Of a stretch of 64,000 nucleotides of DNA, positions 26,425-38,438 are shown piece by piece. Made by a program: the position numbers and the translations under genes. The DNA is from Parasitella parasitica NRRL 2501 (lineage: Eukaryota > Fungi > Mucoromycota), in NCBI GenBank assembly GCA_025201805.1, contig MU619259.1:129594-193593 (forward strand), in the 5' to 3' direction. The notes under the pieces are model-generated. The model made no database searches and had not been told where the DNA came from. It saw nothing but the letters and a program-made list of their open reading frames with translations. Positions within the stretch are counted from its first letter, which is position 1. Each line of letters opens with the position of its first letter.

Positions 26425-28294
26425 TCAAATTTCCACAGCAAACACGCCACCTTGATCATCACCTACAATACTAGTCTCTGCAAAATGGTAGTGTCCCTGC
26501 TTAAGATAATTGTAGACAGTAGGCTTCAATTTGCTCTGTTTCTTGCTAAATCCGCTTGCTCCTGAATGATGGCCAGTGCCAGTAACAATATAGATGATAC
26601 CCGAGTACGTAGCCTTCAAATGAGCGAGTCTTTCATCCACAATATCCATTGCTTCATCCTCGTGCAATCCGTGTAAATCAATAAACGCCTCGTGCTTTGA
26701 CCTGCTCTCGAAAATACGCTGGCTTGCTTCAAAGTGCATTTCCTGCATGAGACGATTGTACTCCTTTGCTTCCATTGAATACAATTTAGCTCTGGCTCCA
26801 TCCCCCTTTAAATAATATTCTGTAGCTTTGCTAAACAGCCTATTTCGAAGCATGCCATACTCGATGGCTTGTTCTCTCTGGGATCGCAAGGGGAAAATGA
26901 GCAAACAACAGATTGTCAATGCAACACCCAACTTACCTCCTTCATGTAAATAGTGTTGAGCGAACTGCCCGTTTCAAGCCATGGTATATGAACAGGTTGG
27001 GTCAGCTTTTGATGGCTGTACTTGTGAGGTCTGTGGAGCAATGACTTTTTGGCAGACGCTGGTTTAGGCGATGGTGCTGTCTTTTTCTTCTTGGCTGCCT
27101 CAGCAAAGTTGATCACTCTGCCCTTAATCATAGGGCTCTTTTTGATTTTAGCAGCAGACGCCAAGGTTGGGAATTCGTCCTGCTCCTGCTCTTTCACGTT
27201 GGATGGGCTTGTATTCCATGCTGGCGTCTTTTTGCTGCGGGTTGAACTCAATGCTGGATAATCGCCTTGGTTATAATTCATCGGCTCTTTTTGTTTAGAA
27301 GGCTCGGGTAATGTCATTTTGTTGGCAACTTCCTGGATATCAATGTGATGCGAGAACTCGCAAGAATCGCCCTTTAAACAGCTGCCTTGAAGCCTTTGGG
27401 TTTCGGGTTATTACATTGGTAGAGTGCTTGAAATGACAAGATAACTTACCAAAACTTGCATATCTTTTCTTGCAAGTCATGCACAAACCAGCAATCCTTT
27501 CGATAACACTCGCCAGCTAAAAAGTGTCTGCACACCTGTCTTTTCTTGGGCGTATATTCCAAGGTAGTTGTGGTGTCTGATTTTGACGGTAAAGACGTTG
27601 TATTTGCGGCTACTCCCGGTGACGCTTCTGCCGTTTCTTCTGCTGCTTTGATGCTCATCTTTTGAGTCAATAAAGACTCGATGGCTCTGTCTACATCATA
27701 ATCAAACTTTTCCAATGTATTTATCAGCTCTGCATCGCTGACATCGCTGAAAATGGTCTGCATCATTTGCAGCGTCGACATGTCTTCTTCGACATTCTCT
27801 TTTGTGGCTTCCTCGACAGACGGAAGTTCCAATGATAATTTGTTCAGGTCTTGTATCGTAGAGGAATCGTACAATGAGCCGTGATAAAACTGGAGCGTAG
27901 GGTCGAATTCCTGCTCATCTCCACGCGAATAGACCTCAGATCGATCTCTGTGCAGCTGATGCTGGGCAGCCTTTGGCGCCTCCCATATATCTTTGATATT
28001 ACCACTAGATGTCCACTGCACCTCATCGTTTGCTTGTTGTCGTAGTTTGCTAGATGGCGACAGCATCGGGCTATCATCCTCCTCGTCATTAAGTAAGGTG
28101 CTGGAAATGAACTGTTGGCCCAACTCGTTAATATCATCCTCGTCTTCTTTATCAAAAGGATCAAACAGTTTGGATTGCTGCTGCTGTTGAGCTTGGCTGC
28201 TTGTTGCAGAAGGGATAAAGGATTTTGCTGTTACATTAAACGAGGGATTAAAGAAGCCTTCGCCAGTTGCTTTTGAAGATCTTGATGATTGCAT
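26425..28294 (-). CDS. PAM2 + CUE/UBA-like + tandem CCCH zinc finger + DUF1771-Smr protein (putative mRNA-surveillance endonuclease), 3 exons
   Basis: SFNVTAKSFIP (PAM2), MQTIFSDV...YDVDRAIESLL (CUE-like), CRHFLAGECYRKDCWFVH and CKFWLQGSCLKGDSCEFSH (CCCH), IDLHGLH...IVTGTGHHS (Smr). Confidence 0.88.
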
Positions 28295-28945
28295 GGTTAT
28301 TGCTTGATTTGCATTTCATGTCTTGCAACACTTACTTTTCAAATAAATTCAAGGTATTTGCTGACCAATCTGTACGTTGGCTCATTATTTAGTGTAAGTT
28401 ACTGGGAGGATAAACAGGCGAAATGTTCATGATCTCTGTTTGTTTTCTCCCTTTTTTTTTTTGGAGCACAACATCAGCAGGATTTTTTTTTTTTTCCTCT
28501 TTTGTGACTATCGACGTTTGCAATACATGAATGTCGTTGCGATCCTAGTTGACATCTCATTCATATAAGCGCTGCCACGCTAATGCGTTACCTTGTTAGG
28601 AACTGATAAGTTGCCCTCGTTTGCATGTGTATTACTGTGCATGTAATTAAATGGCTTGGTGCCTTTGGGTTGTTGTGTAATATTTAATTGCAGAACATGT
28701 CAACATGCATGGATTTCAGTATACAGAGTCTTTCCCTGTTTAAATGTGAAAAAAGAAAAGGACTATACAGCACTATTTCGCTACGGACTATACAATATAG
28801 CATTGCTTTTATTGTTTGGTTTCATTGTTAAAATATATGATGGCTGAATTATGGTACATTTAAAGGAGATGCATGTTGAAAGAGCTAGGAGGGAAATTCT
28901 AAAATTCTATGTACAGTGATTTTGTGTAAAAGTTCTGCGTCTTGT

Positions 28946-29176
28946 TTAGAAATGAACCATAGCATTTCTTCGTCGAAGGGCATAAACGGGCAGCTCTACC
29001 TTGTCGCCCAAGATGTCAACGGTTACAGTCAGCCTGGGATTCTCAGAGACGCATTTGTCAACAAATGTCGGTCTCATTTGAGAAAAGGTGACATTCTGAT
29101 GTACAGGAACATCCATGCCAGAAGATGAAGCTTGGTGATGAGTGTAGAAATTATTGCTTGAGAGAACAGTGTTCAT
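28946..29176 (-). CDS. 76-aa microprotein with C-terminal RRRNAM pseudosubstrate-like motif
   Basis: Isolated ORF with AAAA-ATG start context, pyrimidine-rich leader (29180-29225) and TATA-like element at 29246-29253, in otherwise non-coding DNA. Confidence 0.65.
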   Translation of the reverse strand: MNTVLSSNNFYTHHQASSSGMDVPVHQNVTFSQMRPTFVDKCVSENPRLTVTVDILGDKVELPVYALRRRNAMVHF

Positions 29177-29913
29177 TTTTATAGTCGTATAGAGATGTAA
29201 AAGGAAGAAGTGTAAAGAAAATTCATAAACAGGTTTTTGCTTTCATATAAATACGAGAGATGTTTGTTTTGAATCACACGTTCCTTGCCTCTTTGAGTAA
29301 TTTTGTGTGCAGCTGTTCTGGTTTTTCACTTGCACAAGGAAATTTGTGTCGGTCAGTGCTCAAGGCTCTCTAAACCAGTTTTGGTGTCGATGAGTTGCAT
29401 ACGTATCATCTCTTTTGTCGAAATCTGAAATATGGCAAACATCCTTCGCAAATCAGCACACATCTAATAAAGCGTTCGCTGCTGCTACCAATCAACACAT
29501 TTGTAACCGAGTGCTCTTTTATTTCCATTGTTGGGAGGACGCCCTTTGTTGTTCTTTGTGTAATATTTGCCGTGTGCGTATACACTTTATGTACTTGTGT
29601 TGCATCTGCTGCACTGTAATAATAATCCTGCTGAGGCTCTCCAGTCTTTGCTAATTAGCAGTGTCATTGTTTATAATCAATAAACAGGTAAAACCGTTCT
29701 CTAAACTGTTTCCTCCTGCTTTCTATCAAATTGGGCGCAAAGCAGTATTTGTTGTTTGGTGTTGGCGTTTCGTTACGTTGCGAAAGTGGTTTGTGGCACT
29801 TTGCTCTACGTGAATAAAATAAGAAAGTTCTCAAGCCATGAGGATGTGGTTTTTATTTTTATTTATTTTTATTACATTTCCATAAAATGAATACACCTCG
29901 AATTGTAGAAAGT

Positions 29914-29951
29914 GAGGCATGAGGCATGAAGCATGAAGCATGAAGCATGAA
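29914..29951. repeat. 7-bp tandem repeat (GARGCAT)x5
   Basis: gaggcat gaggcat gaagcat gaagcat gaagcat gaa. Confidence 0.9.
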
Positions 29952-30755
29952 CCCCTTAGTTGGTGTACTTCTTTATTTTTGTTTATCAAACCATTAAATC
30001 TTCGCGTTAGACACAGCACATCTTTCTTTTGCAGCTCAACCATAAACAATAAGGACCATCCGTGATATAACATTTGGCATTGAACTTACCGGATCCTCAT
30101 CCTCTTTCGTTCCAACAAGCCGGAGGATAACATTGTGCGATTGAGGCTCTGTATGCAATTGTCAATATCAAGGTCGTTGATCAAAACATGACAAACTTCG
30201 CACTCCCTCAAAACGTGGTATTTATATCAGATAACATGATATTTCCATATAAAGGTTTTATTTCGATTGCTGATCCAATCTAATGGCCCAGCTCACTTGA
30301 ATTCAGCAATCCTTTTCATTAAGCAATTTTCAAATTCCTAGCGTGTAATATTCGACAAGACATATAGCTTCCATTTAGCACATGTCAAGCGCATCGTGAA
30401 TTTTAACCGTCAGTTATTAGCGCTATCACTCAATTTGGGTATGTTCAAGTCGTTCATTTGGCAGTTGGAGAATAACACGATGAAATATCCTACTATAAAA
30501 CGTCTTTGATGCTGTAATTATAGTTGCTTTATTCGCTTTGATGGAACTTGTTTGAAGTCTGAAGCACATCATATAGCCGGTATGGAATAGAGATATTCAA
30601 GTTTTGAAGATATGATATATGTGCTACGATTTATTTTCTTATAATGACATCCTGTATTACTATCACAATTAAAAATGGTTATATCTATGCGTATGTTAAT
30701 AAAAATAATTAATAACGATATAGGACCATCACAACACTCGCTCAGACTGTTTATA

Positions 30756-33290
30756 TGTTCGAGGGTACATGGCTATGGGAGAGACTATTAAGCCTGGATC
30801 CGACAGAACCAATTACTAGCCATACAATGCCTAGACAAAAAAATAAAGAACTCGTTATCGACAAAGGGAAAGGAAAGAGAATAATTGTGAGTCAAGAGTA
30901 TAGCCTTGGTATGGTAGATAGAATATTCAAATCAGTAGAATCATGTGCACAATTGAGATATTTGATGCCAGGCACAGCACTCCATACCATCACCGCAACC
31001 CATTTACAGACTAAAACTCCATATGACACTCTCGAAATTGGTTAGCTTTAGTTTTTCCTCCAAGATAAGCTTCACGCATATTTAGGATATAACACTCTAA
31101 CCACATCGTCCAGCCTTTACGGTTATAACAAGGTTATTTTCTCACTCTTCGTACTGGTATCCCATGTAAATCATAGATGATCCAAATTTACAGCCCACAA
31201 GCCTTAAATAATAAATTCCTTTACTATAGTTCAGAAATGTATTATGCTAACCCCAGTATGATAATATTGCGTATAAATACATCCCTAAGATGTATTCGTA
31301 ATAAAGTGTAATTCTTCTGTCAGATTCATTCTACAGCAACTTTGATAAAACATTAACGTTGCTTTCAGTAGTCATACTCGTGACTACAGTCAACATTGGT
31401 AAGTTACCGGCTCCACCCCCCCCCCTCGATGTTTGAACAACAATCTTCGAGATTAGCTAAATGAATACTTGAATATATTCAACTACTAGGGCGTATTGGA
31501 AAGCTCTCAAGTCGGCTATTATAGGTCGATATGGTGCACCCAAGGAACAACTTAGGTTCGAAAGAATCAGAGAGTTTTTGAATTGTGCTAAACACGACAC
31601 TGAATTTGTCGTTAGCTTTCTTGAGCGCTTTCAAGGATTTGAAAGCCAAGTCGGGTATCAAGGATAAGCGCGTTGTGGCCAAGATCTTCTTTGATGCCTT
31701 TTCAGAGTCGACCTCTAGCCTAATCATGGTGGCGATGAGTCAAGCTCAAGAATTGTCATTTTATGACATTGATTATGTCTCTGCTGTGGCAAGACGATTA
31801 GACATGGCTGAAAAGACGGTGAAGCCAAGCAATGCGGCAGCTGGAAGCAAACGCAGTGCTGAGAATATTCCGGTTTCGTATAAAGCAAAGAAATCTCGGT
31901 ACGCACCTGCTTCTGACTCTCGAGCTGGTACCTCGTTCTTTTCTTCTTCGTCTGATCGCAATTCAAAGCTTTCAAAGTTTGGCAAGACATTTGCTCAACA
32001 TGTTACTGACGGTCTTTGCTTTACGTGCAATCGCACGTACAGTAAAGGACATCGCTGTGCTACTGCTGTTCGCACCGTTAGTCCTGGTGATGCAACTAGC
32101 AGCAGGAAGGTTTTACGTGCAATGGGTACCAAGAAAAAACCCAAAAACACAATTGATGCTGTCGTAAAAGCTGCTTTGCTTTCTGTTCGTGTTGATGAGG
32201 CCCTGTCAACTAGGAAAAAGGCTTCTTCGTCCATTGCTGACCCCACTCCTACTGTGGAACATTCGGTGATGAATGGTAAAAGTGCTGCCGGTGAAGATGT
32301 TGTCATGAATGAGATTCATGACACAAATGGTGGTACTACTGATGATGAATACGACGCCGAATCTGACTTAATAGAAAGGGCTCAGGCTGTTCTTGTTAAT
32401 GGCATGTCAAATGTATCTGTTGATGATGTGCTGCAAAACATTTTTGCTCAGCAATGTAAGTTCGATGCTGTATTCAGTGCTCCTCCTGCTATGCGTACCA
32501 ATTCTATTTTTGTGTTCCTATTGTGGTTCAGAATATAATTTGTTTCGGATTGGTATATACGGGTGCAACCTTTAGTTGCATAACTGACGAGTTCTTTCAA
32601 TTTCTAGGAGGAACATCTCTTGCAACATATCAAGAAAACAACGACGAAAGTGTTGTTCAGTTGGCTCATGAAGTTACTACTGTCCCAAGAATTGGTGCGG
32701 TAGACCTTTCAATCAGCTACAATAATTTAATAAAAACCATTACTCTGAAGAAAACGATCATGTATTGCTTGGCATGGATATATTATCCAAGCTAGACATT
32801 AGACTTAATGATTTACTCAGTCAACGTGGGTTCGAAACGGGCCCTCGTATCCCAGATCATATCGATGACACCGTTAAGCCTAATGAAGATACTTTTCGCA
32901 GTGGTGGTGAAAGAGAGCCTTTCATTGCTGCACCGAAGGAATTGTTAGACGAAAACTCGCAGATTGACATGAAAAATACACAGTGCAATTTACCTGACTC
33001 CATTATAAAGCTCAACACTAGGCCTGGTGTTATTGCTTGGAGAGCACACTGCCCATTACCTGAAACTTTTCGAGATGCTGTCGCAAAGCAAATTCAGATA
33101 TGGCTTGATGAAGGGGTAGTTGAATGATCTGCTAGTCATCCTCGCTTCAATCATCCATTGTTGGTGCTTAAAAGGAAAGACACTGATGGCAATTACAGTA
33201 TGCCTAAGCCTCGTGTGGTTTGCGACGTGCGTAAGTTGAATGCTATCTTGGAGGTGAATGACAAGCAACAACTACCATTGATTTCCGATT
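30756..33290 (+). mobile_element. Truncated, degenerate Ty3/gypsy LTR retrotransposon (candidate 5' LTR, gag, protease, RT N-terminus)
   Basis: Gag knuckle GLCFTCNRTYSKGHRC. Protease GLVYTGATFS (catalytic D to Y) and LLGMDIL. RT start FNHPLLVLKRKD...KPRVVCDVRKLN, with frameshifts, a TGA at 33125 and truncation before YxDD. Candidate LTR TGTTC(30756)...AATAAA...CTACA(31335) is less certain. Confidence 0.88.
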
Positions 33291-36200
33291 CTACTTCAAA
33301 CTATAAATTATTGCGATGTCTTTAGTTCTTAACTGTAGCAGATATATAGAGGCCGTCAAACTATATAGTCTTTTGCACAGAAGCATTAAATTATTCTCTT
33401 TAAATAACTGCATGCAATGTTATGCTTAGTACTTACTCACTTTCACTAGTTTTACGCAAAAAGGTTCTTCTCAAAAGTTATTCACATAGTTAAATATGTA
33501 AACAAATCCGTTTAAAATAACCTACTCTCTATTTTGATTAATTTTATAGGATGTGAAGAATAATGACAGTGACACATCCAAAAACTAATCAACAAAAAGC
33601 TATACACGGTATCATAGGAGATAACCACAAAGAGGCACGCAAAAGATGAGTATACTCATCTACGGCATGCTTCTCTTCTAGCCCGCTGTTTAACTTGAGA
33701 GCTGAGCTGAAGGGCCAGAGTGTGTTACGAGAATGTTTTGAATTTAGGAGAGATCAAATTTATGTCGTATACATGTATTCAACATTATTGGTCACATTAA
33801 TCATAGTATCAATCATGTCAAAGTTAACATCAAGCATTCTTTTGATCAAACTGTCATATAATTAACCTTTTCAAGAACATCTGATTTTCATTATCAAGCA
33901 TGATGTGCAAAGATTATCAATCAAGTCTTGAAAAATAAACATTCGACAAAAACTGCATTATAGTAACTCATTATTAACAACAAAAGTTTGGTGTATCGTG
34001 AAAATTTATAAAAGCTGTTATGATATTCGTCTGGTGAGCCAGTTTAGCCTTAGAATCAATAGCAATTGAAAGAATGGTCTGCTGCCTGTAACTACGCATT
34101 GATTTCTAAATACTCTCTACAACCTTTGTTTATCACGATGTGGCCTTCAGTATGGTTGTAATTTGATACTAAGCACCTGATCCTTTCGTTATACGGACGA
34201 TGTTTGCACTATATAACTCTCATTTTGCACTATCTTTTTCAAGTCAAATCCTATGCTTTTATTAGATCAAATCTTTACATCTTACATCCATTTTCCATGA
34301 TGTCGATTTTATCAAGTGAATAAATAGTGCAATAAGCATAGGCAAAGTATGCATATATGTCTCAACAAATATGTGCCTTATTCTGTTTGTATCTATAACA
34401 ATATTAAACGGTCTTCCCAGTCCATTTTTTTGAGGATCGATCTTGTGATCATGCATCGCATGGATACAAACTATTGAATGCTTCGTCTAGGAAAGAGTAT
34501 ATCGCCGCAAGTGTACAAAATTTCGTTAGGAATAAGTGATACATGCAATTGTTTCAGCCTTCAGAACCCTGCATGGACATTCAAGTATGACGAAAGTGAC
34601 CTTAACATCAGCGCCACGATGGCGATTTGATCAAAGTAGTAAGCGACAGTCAAAGTACCTTACTGGCATTAAACCGAGTGCTTTAGACACTTTTTCTTTG
34701 ATGAAATATCTAGCATTTGTTCATAGTTCGTATTACATATACAGTATAACATCGTCGTAGTGGTCATCGTCTCCAGGACATCTTTGTACGGTAGTACAAC
34801 ATATTTCGGAATCATTTACAGTCAGCGGGTCTTCCGTGAAAGGCCTCTGGTGACCTGTCTGTTTTCATTATTTAACATTTTCATTGTATACATATACCAG
34901 TGCATGCCAAAAGCCAAAAAAAAAATGAAAAGAAAAGAAAAGATATTCAGTATTATATTAAGATGTGTATGTGAACAGCTAATTTTTCGTCAAAATTCGT
35001 CACAGATGTGCATTTGATTATTTCTTCTGCCTGGCATGCGTTTGGAGCTTCGATTGCATCAATTTGATTGTTTGAATCGGGCATGCAACAGATTTTTAGA
35101 TTTACTGTACATTACATGTACATGTAAAACTTTCATGATCAGCGAGTGCGATTAAACCAACTTATTAACCTGAGAAAACAAAGCTCGAGGCTTGATTTTA
35201 ATATGGGACAAGACAAGCATATATTACAATTAATGTATCGAATGAATGAGTAAATTGAGAGTGAGCGATGGCAAAATTATATTGATCAATATCCAAGTTT
35301 TTTGAATTGCATAAAAGACTGTATCATTATTAAAAAAGCCGGGCGAGGAGGGGGTGGAAGGGAAACTGTCCTATAAGAGAGATGTTGAATGCAAAATTCA
35401 TATCTTAATACTGCTTTCGCGATTTAATTAATCATAGTATTGTTAGTATAAAAAAACAAAGCCGCAAAGCAACTGCTGTCTAGATAATGCAATAAAAGGA
35501 AAAATGATTTGCGCACTTGGATTGTACAACGCACTCGTGAAAATGTCATATGAGACTGATAACTATCGTCGATAGATGCCCCATGTATTTATCGTCATCT
35601 TTATTACTATTTGTTTGATAAACAATCAGGCATGCGTGTTTCGGGCAGGAAGTTTACTGACGGCACGAGAGTTTGTTGTCAGAATTGCTATGTAAATTTA
35701 TGATGGCATGACAAGCAAACTGTTTCCAGATTTATCAGGCACAAACTACTGCAGATATATTCTTAATGTAAAGGAAAAAACCAAGGGATAATGTGTAATA
35801 TATAATCAACTGAAAAACCACCTACATAAAACATGCAACGTACATGTATATACAAACAAATCTCTAACTGGAAGTTGCTATAACACAGAGGCAGAAATTA
35901 TATGCGATTTATTCTTACTCATTCCACATTCATGTATCTATCGTCACTGTCGTCATGTTGTATGTTTATACATGAAAAACCGAGCATTTTTCATCATGTC
36001 AATTTGTTTACTGCAAATCACGTCTGACCTGCCCAACAAAAACATGTATACTCACTACAACCACTAAATAAGCTATTATTGTAGTATCCAGCCAAGAATC
36101 ATATAGGAGAGATGATCCCATTCGCAGATGTGTGTTTATATTTGGTGGTGAAATAAAGCATGATCTCCCCTTCAGATATAATTTGAATGAGACCAAAGAG

Positions 36201-37655
36201 CAGCTTTTGTGGGATTATTATGCAAAATTTCTGATTAGAAAGCTCATTCCTTTCCCCCCACATGTTGGATAAAGGATGATTCCATTTTATTTTCATACTG
36301 ACTGTCTGCAGTACTGTCTTATATAATTAACGTGGATTTCGCTCTTGTCGAGCACAAGAAATATATAAAACGTGATTTTAACACCAATGTATTACATGTA
36401 ACGGATCAGGTTTTTCGTTATATATTTCAGAGCATTCATTATTTCGCGCTAAAAAAGGGATCGAAAGGGGACATTAATTTATACAAGCCTTTCATTGCCC
36501 GGGCGCATGAGACTATTACTTGTAACGAGTTTTTAAAATTGAGAAAAGAGGGTGTGTTATCGTAGAATTTGAAGCGAAAAAGAATAAGAACAAAGAAAGT
36601 CGCTTGTGCGCTATTATTTGAAGCTTATTTGTTATACCATGACATTTTGTTTGCCTTCTTGATAAGCACTTTCAATTTGAGGTCTTTTTTGGTGCTGTAA
36701 ACAAACAGAAAAATGATCTACTGCTGGCATAAGGTGCTGATTCTGTTTACAATAGTATCACGCGACATTCCATAAAGTCATCTTTATATCATATCGATAA
36801 TTCCTTTTTTTTTAAGATGCCCCATCAGTGTCAATTTGATACATCTAATATAAACATCGTATTTCATGTGTCTGAGTCAAGAGACAATCAAGGGGAAAGG
36901 CAGGAGACGACGTTTGAGAGAGAAGGGGGCGCTGAGTTGAGCTGAGCCGACTCGACACTGCTATTGAGTTCGACTTTACAGACGTATATATTTGTAAAGA
37001 GGAGTGTCGTTTTGGTTCTACAATGATTGATGCACAAAAGCAAATATATCAGCATCACAAGAAAGGCAGCAACACAACAATAGTAGCAGCATCACACCTT
37101 GCCGTTTGGTTGAAACATGCCCCGATTACAGTTTCGTTAGGTTTAAAGCCCAATGTAATAAAATAAATTTACCAAGGGGGAGCCTAATATAACATCTATA
37201 TATCAAGAAGCAGAATATAAATCAAATGGGAGGGAGAGGGGGGGGGTGAGGTTATTATTAGGTATCAAGGGGATATACAAACTGCAAAACACACTGCAAG
37301 TGCAACAACAACAAACTACACAACAAAGAATATCAAAAAGTCAATTATGCTAATTACTGCAGGTGGTTTCGGCATGACTAGAGCCAGACCAGCAAAATGT
37401 GAAGTGTTTATTTTTATTGTGGGCCGTCAGATCTGTGCTATTCTAAGCTCCCCTTCACCCTTCACTTGATACAATAACCTACCATCTCCTTCTTTCCATC
37501 CCTGTAAAAAAAATGTATAAAAAGATCCAACATTTCACCCCAACTTCGATTATTTCCTCAGTTTCATTTCTCTCTCTCTTTTTTTTTGCCACCCAAATCT
37601 TAATAATACTTGGAATAACACCATCGGCAAAAAATAATAATAATAATATAATACA

Positions 37656-38157
37656 ATGAAGGTCCAATTTATATTCACTTTTTTGGTTGTGCTAATTGCC
37701 ATCGCCAATGCCAAACCACTCAAAGAAAGAGGTTTAGCTGGAGATTTGGTCAAGACTGTCAAGAAATTGCTTTTCCATGGTATTGGTACCTTTTTCGATC
37801 CTGAGACCGAAGGTGGTTCTCAAGGTGCTTGTGGCCCCTATGCCGATGAGAACTCACAGATCGTTGCCATGAACCGTCATCAATATGGTAACTTGAATAA
37901 GAAGAGCCATTGGTGTGGAAAGAAGCTCAAGATTTGCCACAAAAATAAGTGTACTATTGCCACAGTAACTGATGCTTGTCCTGGATGTGATGAAGGTAAA
38001 TATTTACATACATGATCTACACTACACACGCACTAACTATTAATAAATAGGCTGCTTGGATCTCACTCCTGCTGTTTGGGGCCAACTTGAACATGATTTC
38101 AACAAGGGTATTATCCCAATTGAGTGGGAAGAATGGAAGGGTGGCGATGACAAATAA
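37656..38157 (+). CDS. Secreted RlpA-like double-psi beta-barrel (expansin/loosenin-like) protein, 2 exons
   Basis: Signal peptide MKVQFIFTFLVVLIAIANA, GTFF, GACG, IVAMN, WCGKKLKI, ATVTDACPGC, then exon 2 CLDLTPAVW...GIIPIEW. Confidence 0.9.
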
Positions 38158-38438
38158 AGTAACCGCCAACTTCTGTCGTCCGCTTGTTTATCTCCCTATT
38201 TCTTTATAACAACTCCTGTTCCTGGAACCCTCATCTCCTTCTAACATCCTCTATATGGCTCTCTAGCACATTGAGTTTTACATGTATTAGTACAAAAACC
38301 CCCCCTTATAGTGTATCAACTCTCTCTTCTCGTCTCATCTATTTTACATATACTAGTAAATTATAATTTTAACATCGCAAAACAATTATGTCGTGTCTTA
38401 TTGCAGTACATCTGCCTTGTTCGTTTTATTATGTATCA

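Noticed and set aside
32495-32540. Programmed -1 frameshift between gag and protease
   Set aside because: No X XXY YYZ slippery heptamer. The element has other disabling lesions, so an indel in the T-run is more likely.
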